NCBI GenBank assembly: GCA_027491435.1
Contig: JAOZFG010000030.1
Location: 1 to 24,171, forward strand
Reading direction: 5' to 3'
Length of the DNA: 24,171 nucleotides
DNA from: Thermoproteota archaeon
GTDB lineage: Archaea; Korarchaeota; Korarchaeia; Korarchaeales; Korarchaeaceae
A program made the position numbers and the translations under genes. Under the pieces are notes generated by a model. It saw only the letters and a list, made by a program, of their open reading frames with translations, searched no databases and was not told the origin of the DNA. Positions 1 to 8,671 of this stretch are shown here, one piece after another. The stretch's first letter is position 1. Each line of letters opens with the position of its first letter.

Positions 1-160
1 CCCTGACCACCACCAGCACGTTGCTCCCGTAAATCCTGTCCCGGGGGGAGGGGAGGGCCACCAGCTTAAGGACTTCAGGAAGCTTAGAGAGCTCCTCTGA
101 AAACTTGGAGAGGAGGTTCCTCCAGTCCCTATCTGTTGTGAGGTCTATCACGAGGGCCAT
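1..160 (-). CDS. Partial CDS running off the left edge; possible minimal nucleotidyltransferase-like small protein
   Basis: Own translation from ATG at 160 (AAGGTG directly upstream): MALVIDLTTDRDWRNLLSKFSEELSKLPEVLKLVALPSPRDRIYGSNVLVVVR, open to the edge. Resembles crenarchaeal MNT-like small proteins from memory only. Confidence 0.55.
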   Translation of the reverse strand, partial: MALVIDLTTDRDWRNLLSKFSEELSKLPEVLKLVALPSPRDRIYGSNVLVVVR

Positions 161-250
161 CACCTTTTAGGGAGTGCCTAGATAATAAGGGTACCAGAGC
201 AGGCACTACCGAGTTGATGGTTATTTTAATTATAAAATCATTTATACGTG

Positions 251-688
251 ATGGCCGAGATAGTTAGGACCTCTATCTCCCTTCCAAGGGAGCTGCTGGA
301 CGGGTTAGATACGCTCATCGAGAGGACGGGCATCAAGAGCAGATCTAAGGCAATAGCTGAGGCCATATCTCTGTTTCTTGCTGAGAGGGCCTGGCTCATG
401 GGGGATGAGGACCTTCACGTGATAGGCTCACTCACACTGATATACAGGCACGAGCAGGTGTACAATCAGATGTTGAGCGCCCAACACCGTCACGGTCACG
501 TGATCAGGTCCACGTCCCACGTTCACCTGGACAACGGTCGTTGCCTTGAGGTTCTCATGGTCTCAGGCCCTCTGTCGGAGGTCAGGGAGGTGGTGAAGGA
601 CCTTGAGAGGATGAAGGGCGTTGACGTCATAAAGACCTTCTTAACGCCTATCAAGGCATCTGGGCCTCACCCCCACGCTCACGAGTAG
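251..688 (+). CDS. nikR: Nickel-responsive transcriptional regulator NikR
   Basis: N-terminal ribbon-helix-helix (RTSISLPRELLDGLD...SRSKAIAEAI). C-terminal ACT-like domain with the NikR Ni ligands (QHRH...STSHVHLDNGRCLEV). Adjacent to a cbiMQO operon. ATG 251 or GTG 248. Confidence 0.93.
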   Translation: MAEIVRTSISLPRELLDGLDTLIERTGIKSRSKAIAEAISLFLAERAWLMGDEDLHVIGSLTLIYRHEQVYNQMLSAQHRHGHVIRSTSHVHLDNGRCLEVLMVSGPLSEVREVVKDLERMKGVDVIKTFLTPIKASGPHPHAHE

Positions 689-1339
689 GTCAGGGTCTTC
701 TAGTAGGGAGGGATCGCCCATCCCCTTCACCTTCCCTTCGTCTAACAGGACTACCCTATCCGCCACCCAGCTGGCGAACTCCGTGTCTTGAGTGGCCACC
801 ACTACTACCTTACCCCTGCCTTTTAGCTCGGCCAGCACGTCTACCAGCAGGTTCAGGGACCTGTAGTCCAGGGAAGAGCTTGGCTCATCGAGCAGCACGT
901 AGTTTGGATTGTAGGAAAGTACGCCTGCCAGGGCAACTAGGGAGGCCTGGCCTTGGCTTAGCTGTAACGGAGACCTGTCCCTTAGCTCCCATATGCCCAG
1001 CCTCCTCATGACCTCCTCCACCCCATCTATTCCCAGCTGTCTAGGGCCTAACGAGACGTCCTCGTATACCGTTTGACCTATGAGTTGATCCCTGGGGTTC
1101 TGGAAGAGAAGACCGAACTCCTTCCTCACCTTCCTACCTAGTGAGAATAGATCCTTACCGTCGAGTAAGACTTTACCCGAAGTCGGCCTCAGCAGTCCAG
1201 CTGAGGTGAGGAGTAAGGTCGTCTTGCCAGACCCGTTAGCTCCCAGGACTACCGTGATCCCTTCTCTAAACTCCAGGGTAACCTCCTTTAAGGCCAGCAC
1301 CCTCCCGTACTTCAGGGAAACGTCCACCAGTTGAAGCAC
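641..1339 (-). CDS. cbiO: ECF transporter ATPase (CbiO/NikO)
   Basis: Walker A GANGSGKT, Q-loop FQNPRDQL, signature LSQGQ, Walker B LLDEP; last gene of the cbiM operon. Confidence 0.9.
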   Translation of the reverse strand: MLQLVDVSLKYGRVLALKEVTLEFREGITVVLGANGSGKTTLLLTSAGLLRPTSGKVLLDGKDLFSLGRKVRKEFGLLFQNPRDQLIGQTVYEDVSLGPRQLGIDGVEEVMRRLGIWELRDRSPLQLSQGQASLVALAGVLSYNPNYVLLDEPSSSLDYRSLNLLVDVLAELKGRGKVVVVATQDTEFASWVADRVVLLDEGKVKGMGDPSLLEDPDLLVSVGVRPRCLDRR

Positions 1340-2004
1340 AGGTTGACCCCCCAGAGCAAAGCTGGCAAAGTTAGGAAGGCCAGGGTGTCCTTAAAGGAGG
1401 GGTTCCAGACCTCGTTGTACCACATCCTGGACTTGATCACCAACTCAAGCTCCTTAGCCCTCCTAGGCCCTCTAATGAACAGGTCCGTGACGGCAATGGC
1501 TAGGAATCCGTAGTCTCCCGTGATACTGGCGTCAGCCAGCTGCCTGGACCTCTTGGCGAGGACAGAGCTTGTGAGCCCCCTGAGCTGCTCGCTCACCTGA
1601 AACACCATGACCCTCAGGGCCCTGGACAGCTCTTCACCCACTAGTGGCCTCAGGTCCCTTATCAGGGGCAGGAGTCCGCCCAGGCTTATGCAGGCGTTGA
1701 GCGTAAGTACGCTGGCCGCAACCCTAGCCGGTAGGGCGGGGAAGCTCTCGGGCCTGAAAAGGGTCAGAGCTGAGGTGAAGGCGAACCAGAAAGTAGATAC
1801 CTTTAACGCAAGTTGGGACCTCTCTCCCAAAATAATTAGGGAAAGTGCGGAGGATACAGCCAAGGTCAGAAGGTTGCTGGAGAAGGACACGGCTGAGACT
1901 GCTAACAGCGTCCCAAGAAGGGTGAAGGGGGGTTTTACCTTCAGCCTCGGGGTTGAAGCTGAGAGGGAGGCGGTCCAATCACCCAGAGCCTTTATCAGCT
2001 CCAA
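1312..2004 (-). CDS. cbiQ: ECF transporter transmembrane T component (CbiQ/NikQ-like)
   Basis: Hydrophobic protein with two basic xSR motifs (AKRSR, IKSR) typical of T components; lies between the PDGLE-type gene and cbiO. Confidence 0.75.
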   Translation of the reverse strand: MELIKALGDWTASLSASTPRLKVKPPFTLLGTLLAVSAVSFSSNLLTLAVSSALSLIILGERSQLALKVSTFWFAFTSALTLFRPESFPALPARVAASVLTLNACISLGGLLPLIRDLRPLVGEELSRALRVMVFQVSEQLRGLTSSVLAKRSRQLADASITGDYGFLAIAVTDLFIRGPRRAKELELVIKSRMWYNEVWNPSFKDTLAFLTLPALLWGVNLCFNWWTFP

Positions 2005-2266
2005 GTCTATCCCTCAACAGGACGGGCATTAATAGGATGGCTACCCCCACTAAGCCAGACACCACGTAGCCCAGCACGTCAGGCAGCCCTGATACTGTGT
2101 AATCCGGGAATAGACCCGGCCAAAGGACCTTCTCCTTCAGCCCTATCATTTCAGCGGTTACCTCAAGAGGTTCCGTGTAGCCAACCGCCTCCGCCCCTAT
2201 AACCCCGAAGATCGGGCTTATCAGGACCAACGCCACTATCAGGGTAAGTGCCCTCGTGAGAACCAC
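1979..2266 (-). CDS. PDGLE-domain small membrane protein (NikN/CbiN-like accessory subunit)
   Basis: Two TM helices flanking EPLEVTAE...LFPDYTVSG. True start is probably GTG at 2266 behind AGGAGGGG, not 2437. Confidence 0.8.
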   Translation of the reverse strand: MVLTRALTLIVALVLISPIFGVIGAEAVGYTEPLEVTAEMIGLKEKVLWPGLFPDYTVSGLPDVLGYVVSGLVGVAILLMPVLLRDRLGADKGSG

Positions 2267-2859
2267 CCCCTCCTGTCCAAGTGTACTACAATAGAGGCTG
2301 TAATCAACCCCTCGACCAAGCCCAGCAAGCCGTGCCAGACGGCCATCACGGGAACCGTCACGTTCAGGGAGAACAACTGTGATGAGATCCCTATTTCCAC
2401 CCCACAGGCCAGGGCTGCGGTGAGGATGCCCAACCATCCTCCAACGAAGGCTGAGAGGAACCTATTGTGGGTCAGCCTCATCAGGGCCTTATAGGCCGCA
2501 TAGCCCACGAACACGTCTACAATGGCCATGTTGAAGGCGTTAGCCCCGAGGGCAGTTATGCCGCCATCGCCCATCAGCAGGCATTGCACCAGCAGGTTCA
2601 TGAACATGGCCAGGCACCCGCCGAAGGGCCCTATTAGGATGGCAGCCAAGGCTCCGCCGACCAAATGGGCGCTAGTCCCCCCGGGAATTGGCCAGTTCAG
2701 CATCTGAGCTGCGAATATCGAGGCCGCCGCCACTGAGAGGTAGTAAACGTCTCCACCCTCCCTGAAGTACCTCCTAGCACTTAAGTAGAGGAAGAACAGG
2801 GAGATCAGATATAGCAGGGAGGCCGTCAAGGGGTCTAGGAACCCATCGGGTATGTGCAT
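2239..2859 (-). CDS. cbiM: ECF substrate-binding S component CbiM/NikM
   Basis: Hallmark N-terminus MHIPDGFL, plus PIPGGTSAHLVGG and GDGGITALGAN motifs. Confidence 0.95.
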   Translation of the reverse strand: MHIPDGFLDPLTASLLYLISLFFLYLSARRYFREGGDVYYLSVAAASIFAAQMLNWPIPGGTSAHLVGGALAAILIGPFGGCLAMFMNLLVQCLLMGDGGITALGANAFNMAIVDVFVGYAAYKALMRLTHNRFLSAFVGGWLGILTAALACGVEIGISSQLFSLNVTVPVMAVWHGLLGLVEGLITASIVVHLDRRGWFSRGHLP

Positions 2860-2890
2860 ACACCAGAATAGGGAACCCCTTACAAATAAA

Positions 2891-2917
2891 TATTACCAGG
2901 AATGTTAATTTGTAATA
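2891..2917. promoter_or_regulatory. Candidate NikR operator upstream of cbiM
   Basis: Perfect dyad TATTAC-N15-GTAATA abutting a TTTATTT TATA-like box (2884-2890, minus strand) about 25 bp before the cbiM start. Widely spaced 6-bp half-sites are typical of NikR sites. Confidence 0.6.
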
Positions 2918-2920
2918 CCG

Positions 2921-3304
2921 TCATACCGACATGACCAGCCTGACCTCAGAAGACCTGTTTAACTCACTAATGAGCTCCCTCGTCCTCTTCCCGTGCGTTG
3001 AGGCCACCACCTTGAAGTCCCCTTCTCTATCGAACACGAGAAGCATGCAGAACTTCTCCCCGCCTACCTCGCCCAGCATGGTGACGAAGCTGTATCCCAG
3101 GTAGTTTTCCCCCCAGGGGGCCATTATCTCGTTGAACAGCTCGTAGTTGTGAATCACCCTCATGGAGTTCACCATGAGCTCGCTGACCAGCTCGCTTGGC
3201 ACCGTCAAGTTATCATCGCTCATGTCCGATAGCTCGATAGTTTCAGAGTCCTTACACCTGATCAACCACTTGTTATAGGTACTTAACTTAGCCCCCACCA
3301 CCAT
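2921..3304 (-). CDS. Hypothetical protein (127 aa)
   Basis: Host-like codon usage; ATTATAAA box about 30 bp upstream (3333-3340). Confidence 0.7.
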   Translation of the reverse strand: MVVGAKLSTYNKWLIRCKDSETIELSDMSDDNLTVPSELVSELMVNSMRVIHNYELFNEIMAPWGENYLGYSFVTMLGEVGGEKFCMLLVFDREGDFKVVASTHGKRTRELISELNRSSEVRLVMSV

Positions 3305-3748
3305 GTTCCATCGTGTAATGGAACCCCTTGCATTTATAATAGTAGCTGAATAAAAGGCCGGTTTAGTGAATAAATCGTTTTCCTGAGCTTACTCCAGCAT
3401 TTCTCAATTCTTATTCGTCATCTTTATGGAATTTCCCCTCAGAGCCATTTCGGTAGTTCTGCACTCAACCTCCTGCATAACCAAAGTCCCAATAGGCAGA
3501 GGAATATGTATAAAATTTAAACTTATGAGTGGATGATTAATATAAAGAGAATAACCGCTATTTTTCTATAATTGATTTAATAGACGCAGCTTTATATTAA
3601 ATTTACTCTTTAGCACGCCGTAGTTTTAGTAAATAGAAGATCAGTATCTTAGATTCTATGCTCGGTGGGTTGTGTGAAAATCCCGCTACTTCCTTTTAAA
3701 AGTCAATTATTCATGAGGATATGTCCTTCCTTTTATCTTCGGTAAATT

Positions 3749-4948
3749 CTACCCGGCTATCTTGATCTTAGCCGAGTATCCGTTAACCACTATCGTCCAC
3801 TCCCCCTCAGGAGCTGGCTTCAATTCTAAAACTGTCTCAACGCTTCCCAGACATTGAATGCAGATTTGTTCCGTTCTGACCAGCTCCAACTCGATTAGAA
3901 CCTCCCTTCTCACAGGATCTACTGTGAACGACTTTACCCTGTGCCTGTAGCACGGATTCGGCGCTCCCTCCCTGTATATAATCCTTACAGCTCCGTCCAC
4001 CGTGTAGGCAAGAAAGCCCTCGGACGAGCCGGCCCTGCAGGACCCCACACTCCTTATAACTGAGAGGGTGTAATTCCCGCTCTCCCTAATGGTTCCACCT
4101 TCGCTGAACAGCTTCTTCGGCCACCCCTCCTCAACGAACTCCTTGACCGCCTCCCTAGTGGCGTACCTGTCCGTGCCCGCTAGGACGAACAGGTTGTCCG
4201 ATCTGTATATCAAGTAGCTCTTTTTACCAAGTTTTAGGTTACTTAATAACTCCTCTCCTTTTTTCCCCAGAATTATGGAAGATATTTTCCCGGATCCAAG
4301 GCTTAGAGGGCCTCCAAGCACTATAACGGCCGAGTAGTCTAGGGAGCTCATCACCTCCTTCAGCTCGCTCCCGTCGTGCCAGGTAACTTCTACGCCCAAT
4401 GACTTGAAGGCCTCCTCCAGAAGGGGATAAGAGATCTTCCTGTCTATCTCATTGGAGACTACCGCAACTCCCTTCCTCTTATCCACATCACCCTTCGCCG
4501 GCAGGCACACGTTCTCTATGGGCCTCACCCTCTCCCCCTGATCCCTGAGCCAGAGGACTACGGGCAGAGGTGGAGATATTGTGTTAAGCCCTCTGTAAAC
4601 CTTTACCACGTCATGGCCTATGGCTCCCGAGTATGTGAGCGCCGCTAGGGCCTTGTAGTAGGGGGCCTCATCGAGCGAGTAGTCTGTCTCCACTAGTATG
4701 AGGGTGCTCCCGTTTCCAGGTATTATGTAGGCGAAGAGGGGAGTTCCGTCCTCTAGGAAACCCACCTTGAACTTGTAGGCAGTCAGGGAGATCTTCCTGT
4801 ACATGGTGGAGAATCTGAGCACCTCCTTGACCGTCACGTTTAACTGGGAGACGTCGACCTGCCCCGGGTAGACGGCCCCTATGTAGCCCCCCACCTGCAG
4901 GCAAGTGCCGAGCGTAAGTAATAAGGTTAAGAGGAGAGGCCCTTTCAT
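3749..4948 (-). CDS. Secreted/surface protein with cell-wall-binding-repeat-2-like domain and C-terminal PrcB-like Cys-containing domain
   Basis: Signal peptide MKGPLLLTLLLTLG (ATG 4948 preferred over 4975). VIVLGGP...LAGTDRYAT is CWB2-like. C-terminus has PNPCY...ICIQCLG. Confidence 0.7.
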   Translation of the reverse strand: MKGPLLLTLLLTLGTCLQVGGYIGAVYPGQVDVSQLNVTVKEVLRFSTMYRKISLTAYKFKVGFLEDGTPLFAYIIPGNGSTLILVETDYSLDEAPYYKALAALTYSGAIGHDVVKVYRGLNTISPPLPVVLWLRDQGERVRPIENVCLPAKGDVDKRKGVAVVSNEIDRKISYPLLEEAFKSLGVEVTWHDGSELKEVMSSLDYSAVIVLGGPLSLGSGKISSIILGKKGEELLSNLKLGKKSYLIYRSDNLFVLAGTDRYATREAVKEFVEEGWPKKLFSEGGTIRESGNYTLSVIRSVGSCRAGSSEGFLAYTVDGAVRIIYREGAPNPCYRHRVKSFTVDPVRREVLIELELVRTEQICIQCLGSVETVLELKPAPEGEWTIVVNGYSAKIKIAG

Positions 4949-5010
4949 CGAGTGAGTTAGGTTGTATTCCAACATAAAAGTAGCGTCAATGGGTGAATTG
5001 AGGGGTTAAA

Positions 5011-5793
5011 ATGAGATACTCAATTTACGTGTGGGTTCTCCTGTCTCAAGCTTTCCTCGTGGCTGTAGTCCTGTCCCAGAGGCCAGCTCCCGTGATAGAG
5101 ACCACCCCCTCAGAGGCCGCTGGCCTTTCCTTCTTCTACACTGCTTTAGTCTTCGTGACGGCCTTAATCATGGTTTACATAATAAGGAGGAGGATGCACC
5201 GGCTGTTGAGGGGCATATTCGCCCTATTCCTTTTCTACGCCTCCTTCATCTCCATCGCCGAGCTGGCTTCCTACTTCGGGGTCGAATGCTACCTAGACCT
5301 GAGCCCGGGGTGCGGGGCGACCTTCACAACGTCTCTGGTCATCACGCTCCTCAGCTTCAGGGGAGACCACCTTGGAAACCTGGCTAAGACGTTCCTTTCA
5401 GCTTCAATAGCGTTCCTATTCATAAGCTTCTTCAACGACCTCTTCGTTTACTTTGTCCTCACTTTCCTAGCTGTCTACGACACCTACTCCGTTTTCAGGG
5501 GCCCTTTAAGTAAGATACTGATGGTCAGGGAGGCCGACCCTTTGGAACCCCTTATGATAACTCACGGGGAAGTCTCGATGGGGATTGGCGACCTCTTCAG
5601 CTACTCCCTGGCAGCTGGGGCCTCCATAAGGGGACTCGGTCTCCCAAAGGGATTGCTTCCCATACTGGCCCTTGACCTCGGGGTAGCCCTCACCCTCTAC
5701 CTCCTACATAGGAGGAGGGGGAGCCTCCCCGGGCTCACCATCCCCATCGCCCTCTGGGGAGCTGTCTCCCTTCTCCTCCACCTCCCTCCTTAA
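5011..5793 (+). CDS. Presenilin/signal-peptide-peptidase-family intramembrane aspartyl protease (A22)
   Basis: Multi-pass protein with YD (AVYDTYSV), GxGD (MGIGD) and PAL-like LPGL motifs. Confidence 0.88.
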   Translation: MRYSIYVWVLLSQAFLVAVVLSQRPAPVIETTPSEAAGLSFFYTALVFVTALIMVYIIRRRMHRLLRGIFALFLFYASFISIAELASYFGVECYLDLSPGCGATFTTSLVITLLSFRGDHLGNLAKTFLSASIAFLFISFFNDLFVYFVLTFLAVYDTYSVFRGPLSKILMVREADPLEPLMITHGEVSMGIGDLFSYSLAAGASIRGLGLPKGLLPILALDLGVALTLYLLHRRRGSLPGLTIPIALWGAVSLLLHLPP

Positions 5794-8667
5794 GCTTATC
5801 AAGAGCAAGTAGAGCTCCGCTGAAGTCATAAGGATGACCCCGTACCATAGCAGCCTCACGTACGGTATCACCTTAGCCTGGACGTGAGCCCCCTGGCTTA
5901 TCAGCACGGACTTGTTGAGGGAGAACCCCTCTGCCAAGTCGTAGAGTTCCATGAAGTGGGGGAACAGGTTCTCTGGAGTCACGGCGTCTTTAAGGTAGGC
6001 TGCAGAGAAGACGGCCGCTAGGCCCAGCCTCTCCTCCTGGCTCAATCCTTTAAACGTCTCGTGGAGGTAGTAGACCATTAGCTCGTGATAGCCGAAGCTC
6101 CAGGCCTTCTCCTTGACCGTGGGTGGGTTGAACACCATGTAAACCTCGTCGAGGCCGGATGGGAAGTTCACGACGTGGGCGACGAGCCCGTGTATTCCCT
6201 GAACTTCACCGTTCGCGTCAAACCTTATGCTCACCTCTTTGGGCGAGCCTTCGACCTCAAGCCTCAGGTCAAGCCTAGCCCCCTCCGGAATGAGCCTGGG
6301 CATCGGCAGGTGGCCCAGGCATTGCAACATGTTGTGAGGGGTTAAATGCTGACATTCTGGGGTTATCAGGGTTCTCCTAACTATTCTCTGACCCAAGTCG
6401 CCTTTTATCAGCGATTCCACTAGGCCCCTCCTCTTGATCACGTCTATCACATCTGAGGCAAGCCTTCCCTGGGAGAATATCACGTAGAGGAAAACGTCGT
6501 CGTCCTCTGACTGGTAGGGTATCTCGATCCTGTGCACCCCTTCGTAGGTGGCTTCGTCCAGGAGGAGGGTGCTTTCAGGAGCCACGACGGTTCCATCAAC
6601 TAGTTTGGGCAGGGAGTGAGTCTGGGTCATCATATTGAAGAACAGCAGCGTCCCCCTCCTGACCTTCAGGGTCCCGTTCCCGAGCTTGACCGTGAGGGGG
6701 TCTGTGAAGGTAAGGTTCAACATTATTGCTGGCGTCGGCTTAACAGACACCCCGTCTATCGAGAAGTTCCCTATGAGCATAACCCCCAAGGAGGTCCTGT
6801 TCCCCTCCCTCGAGCTGGCAGCCATCCTGGAGACTACCAGGGGGTTCCTCACCGTCAGGAGGACTTGTCGGAAGGTTCCCACCTGTCTGGTCTCGTTGGT
6901 CACGTTAAGGGCGACGGCGCTGCCCACTCCCTGGAACTCCCCGGGGATTAGAGCCCCTCTGGAGGTCATGTTGTAGAGCTCCAGCACCCCGGATTGGGAC
7001 AGCTTCTCCCTACCCTTGAAGTAGCCCTTCAACGCCTCCTTCAAGTCGGTGGCCAAGAAGAGGAGCGACCAGCTGGCGGCTTTGAATATGTTGGAGCCCA
7101 CGTAGGGGGTATAGGCGTCTATTTTGCCTCCGTACAGGGAGTAGGAGAAGTCCGCGAACTTCACCTGGGCATCGCCTATGACGGCCCTCTCCCCCAGGGG
7201 TAGGCTTGTGTCCTTAAAGTAGGCCCTATTGTATGCGTAAGGACCGCTCAGCAGTATTCCTAGCATGGTGATGGCCATGGCCATGTGGAGGAACGAGATC
7301 CCAGCCAGCACGTTTACCCTCTCCTTCAAGTAGAGGAGGAAGGCCCCAAGTCCAGAGAAGATGCCCGTCACCACGAAGGGGAGCAGGGCCGATATTATCA
7401 GGTTGGTGGCCAGAGAGCTGGCCGGTGACCAGACCAAGTCCCTAACGTAGGTCTGGTATATGAGGACGCCCGAGACCACTGCCAGCCCAGTAGTAAGGGC
7501 GCTCAGCTCGTGCCACCCTAGCCTAGTGCCCAAGGTACAGAAGGGCAAGGAGGCGAACAGGAGTAGGGCGAATGGGAACATGGCGGTGTGGTAGAACTGG
7601 ACGCCAGAGTCCATTTGAGGGACGTTCACCTCAACCCCCGCCAGCTTTAAGGCAGAGGGCACGGCTAGGGTGGAGAAGGTGATCAGGAACATTCCCATCA
7701 GGGAGAAGTAGGAGAGGATTAACCCTGTGGTGTAAGGGGACCATTTCACCGACTTGAACTCCTCAACTACCCCTCCAAGCTTCCTGAAGCCTTCTGCCAT
7801 GAGCATGGCCGTGAACGCTAGGGTAACTACTGTAGTTACAGCTTCAGGGGATGCAAAGCTGTGCAGCGGTGATATCCCTGCCCTGGTAACTAGTATGGCG
7901 AGGAACACGCTCCCTGCAGCTAGCATCTGTGTAAAGTAAGACGTCCTCCTGCCGACAACCTGGGCGTGAAATAGGGCCGTCAGGACGAGCCAAGGAGTTA
8001 GTTCCGCCGTCTCAACTGGATCCCAGGCCCAGTAGCCGCCCCACCCGAAGGTAAGGTAACTCCAATATCCGCCTATGACTATGCCAGCGGTCAGGAATAT
8101 CCAGCCAGACCTAGCTAGTGTCTTAGCGGCCCTGTCAGCCCCTGAGAAGAGGGCCACCGCCGAGGACGCGACCAAGGCGTAACCAGTGAACGTTGACAGT
8201 GGGTGGGGATATATCCAGGGGCTCTTGAGGAGGGGGTTGAGGCCCACGCCCGCCTTGATGCCGGCGGCCTCCATGTACTCGAAGGCCCCGTTCATGTAGG
8301 CCAGGGACATTGCCGCCAGTATTAGGGCGTCATACCCCACTGCAAGGTGGGGATCACCGTTGTATCTCTCGTGTATAAGGGCTATTAGCACTATAACCGT
8401 GGCGAATAGGAATAGGCTCCCGCCCCCGCTGGCCCAGCTGGAGGCTATCTTAAAGGCCAAGGGAAGCCCGTACGTTGAGTACTCGTAGACGGGCTTTAAG
8501 GAGTAGTCCTGAATTACGAAAGAGTAGACGTAAACCAGCCAGGAGAGCAGGAGGAAGAGCTTGGCGTATACGCCGAATTTACTCTTTCCCCTCTTAATGG
8601 TGTATAAAGCGTCGACCAGGACGGCCGCTGCGCCCAGCAAGGCGAGAAGGCCCGTGTAATGAATCAT
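5704..8667 (-). CDS. ccmF: Cytochrome c biogenesis heme lyase CcmF, unusually large
   Basis: WWD motif WGGYWAWDPVE, GLNPLL..PW..HP, FHA and LHSFA conserved His motifs; about 15 TM segments plus a very large soluble insertion. Confidence 0.92.
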   Translation of the reverse strand: MIHYTGLLALLGAAAVLVDALYTIKRGKSKFGVYAKLFLLLSWLVYVYSFVIQDYSLKPVYEYSTYGLPLAFKIASSWASGGGSLFLFATVIVLIALIHERYNGDPHLAVGYDALILAAMSLAYMNGAFEYMEAAGIKAGVGLNPLLKSPWIYPHPLSTFTGYALVASSAVALFSGADRAAKTLARSGWIFLTAGIVIGGYWSYLTFGWGGYWAWDPVETAELTPWLVLTALFHAQVVGRRTSYFTQMLAAGSVFLAILVTRAGISPLHSFASPEAVTTVVTLAFTAMLMAEGFRKLGGVVEEFKSVKWSPYTTGLILSYFSLMGMFLITFSTLAVPSALKLAGVEVNVPQMDSGVQFYHTAMFPFALLLFASLPFCTLGTRLGWHELSALTTGLAVVSGVLIYQTYVRDLVWSPASSLATNLIISALLPFVVTGIFSGLGAFLLYLKERVNVLAGISFLHMAMAITMLGILLSGPYAYNRAYFKDTSLPLGERAVIGDAQVKFADFSYSLYGGKIDAYTPYVGSNIFKAASWSLLFLATDLKEALKGYFKGREKLSQSGVLELYNMTSRGALIPGEFQGVGSAVALNVTNETRQVGTFRQVLLTVRNPLVVSRMAASSREGNRTSLGVMLIGNFSIDGVSVKPTPAIMLNLTFTDPLTVKLGNGTLKVRRGTLLFFNMMTQTHSLPKLVDGTVVAPESTLLLDEATYEGVHRIEIPYQSEDDDVFLYVIFSQGRLASDVIDVIKRRGLVESLIKGDLGQRIVRRTLITPECQHLTPHNMLQCLGHLPMPRLIPEGARLDLRLEVEGSPKEVSIRFDANGEVQGIHGLVAHVVNFPSGLDEVYMVFNPPTVKEKAWSFGYHELMVYYLHETFKGLSQEERLGLAAVFSAAYLKDAVTPENLFPHFMELYDLAEGFSLNKSVLISQGAHVQAKVIPYVRLLWYGVILMTSAELYLLLISLRREVEEKGDSSPEGDGDGEPGEAPPPPM

Positions 8668-8671
8668 AAGA

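Noticed and set aside
2267-2437. N-terminal extension of the 152-aa ORF 1979..2437
   Set aside because: It overlaps cbiM in another frame; the hydrophobic PDGLE-type protein starts at GTG 2266 behind a good RBS.
3850-3870. CIQC in the surface protein as a heme c site (CcmF substrate)
   Set aside because: It is followed by Leu, not His; no CxxCH was found in any credible ORF of the window.
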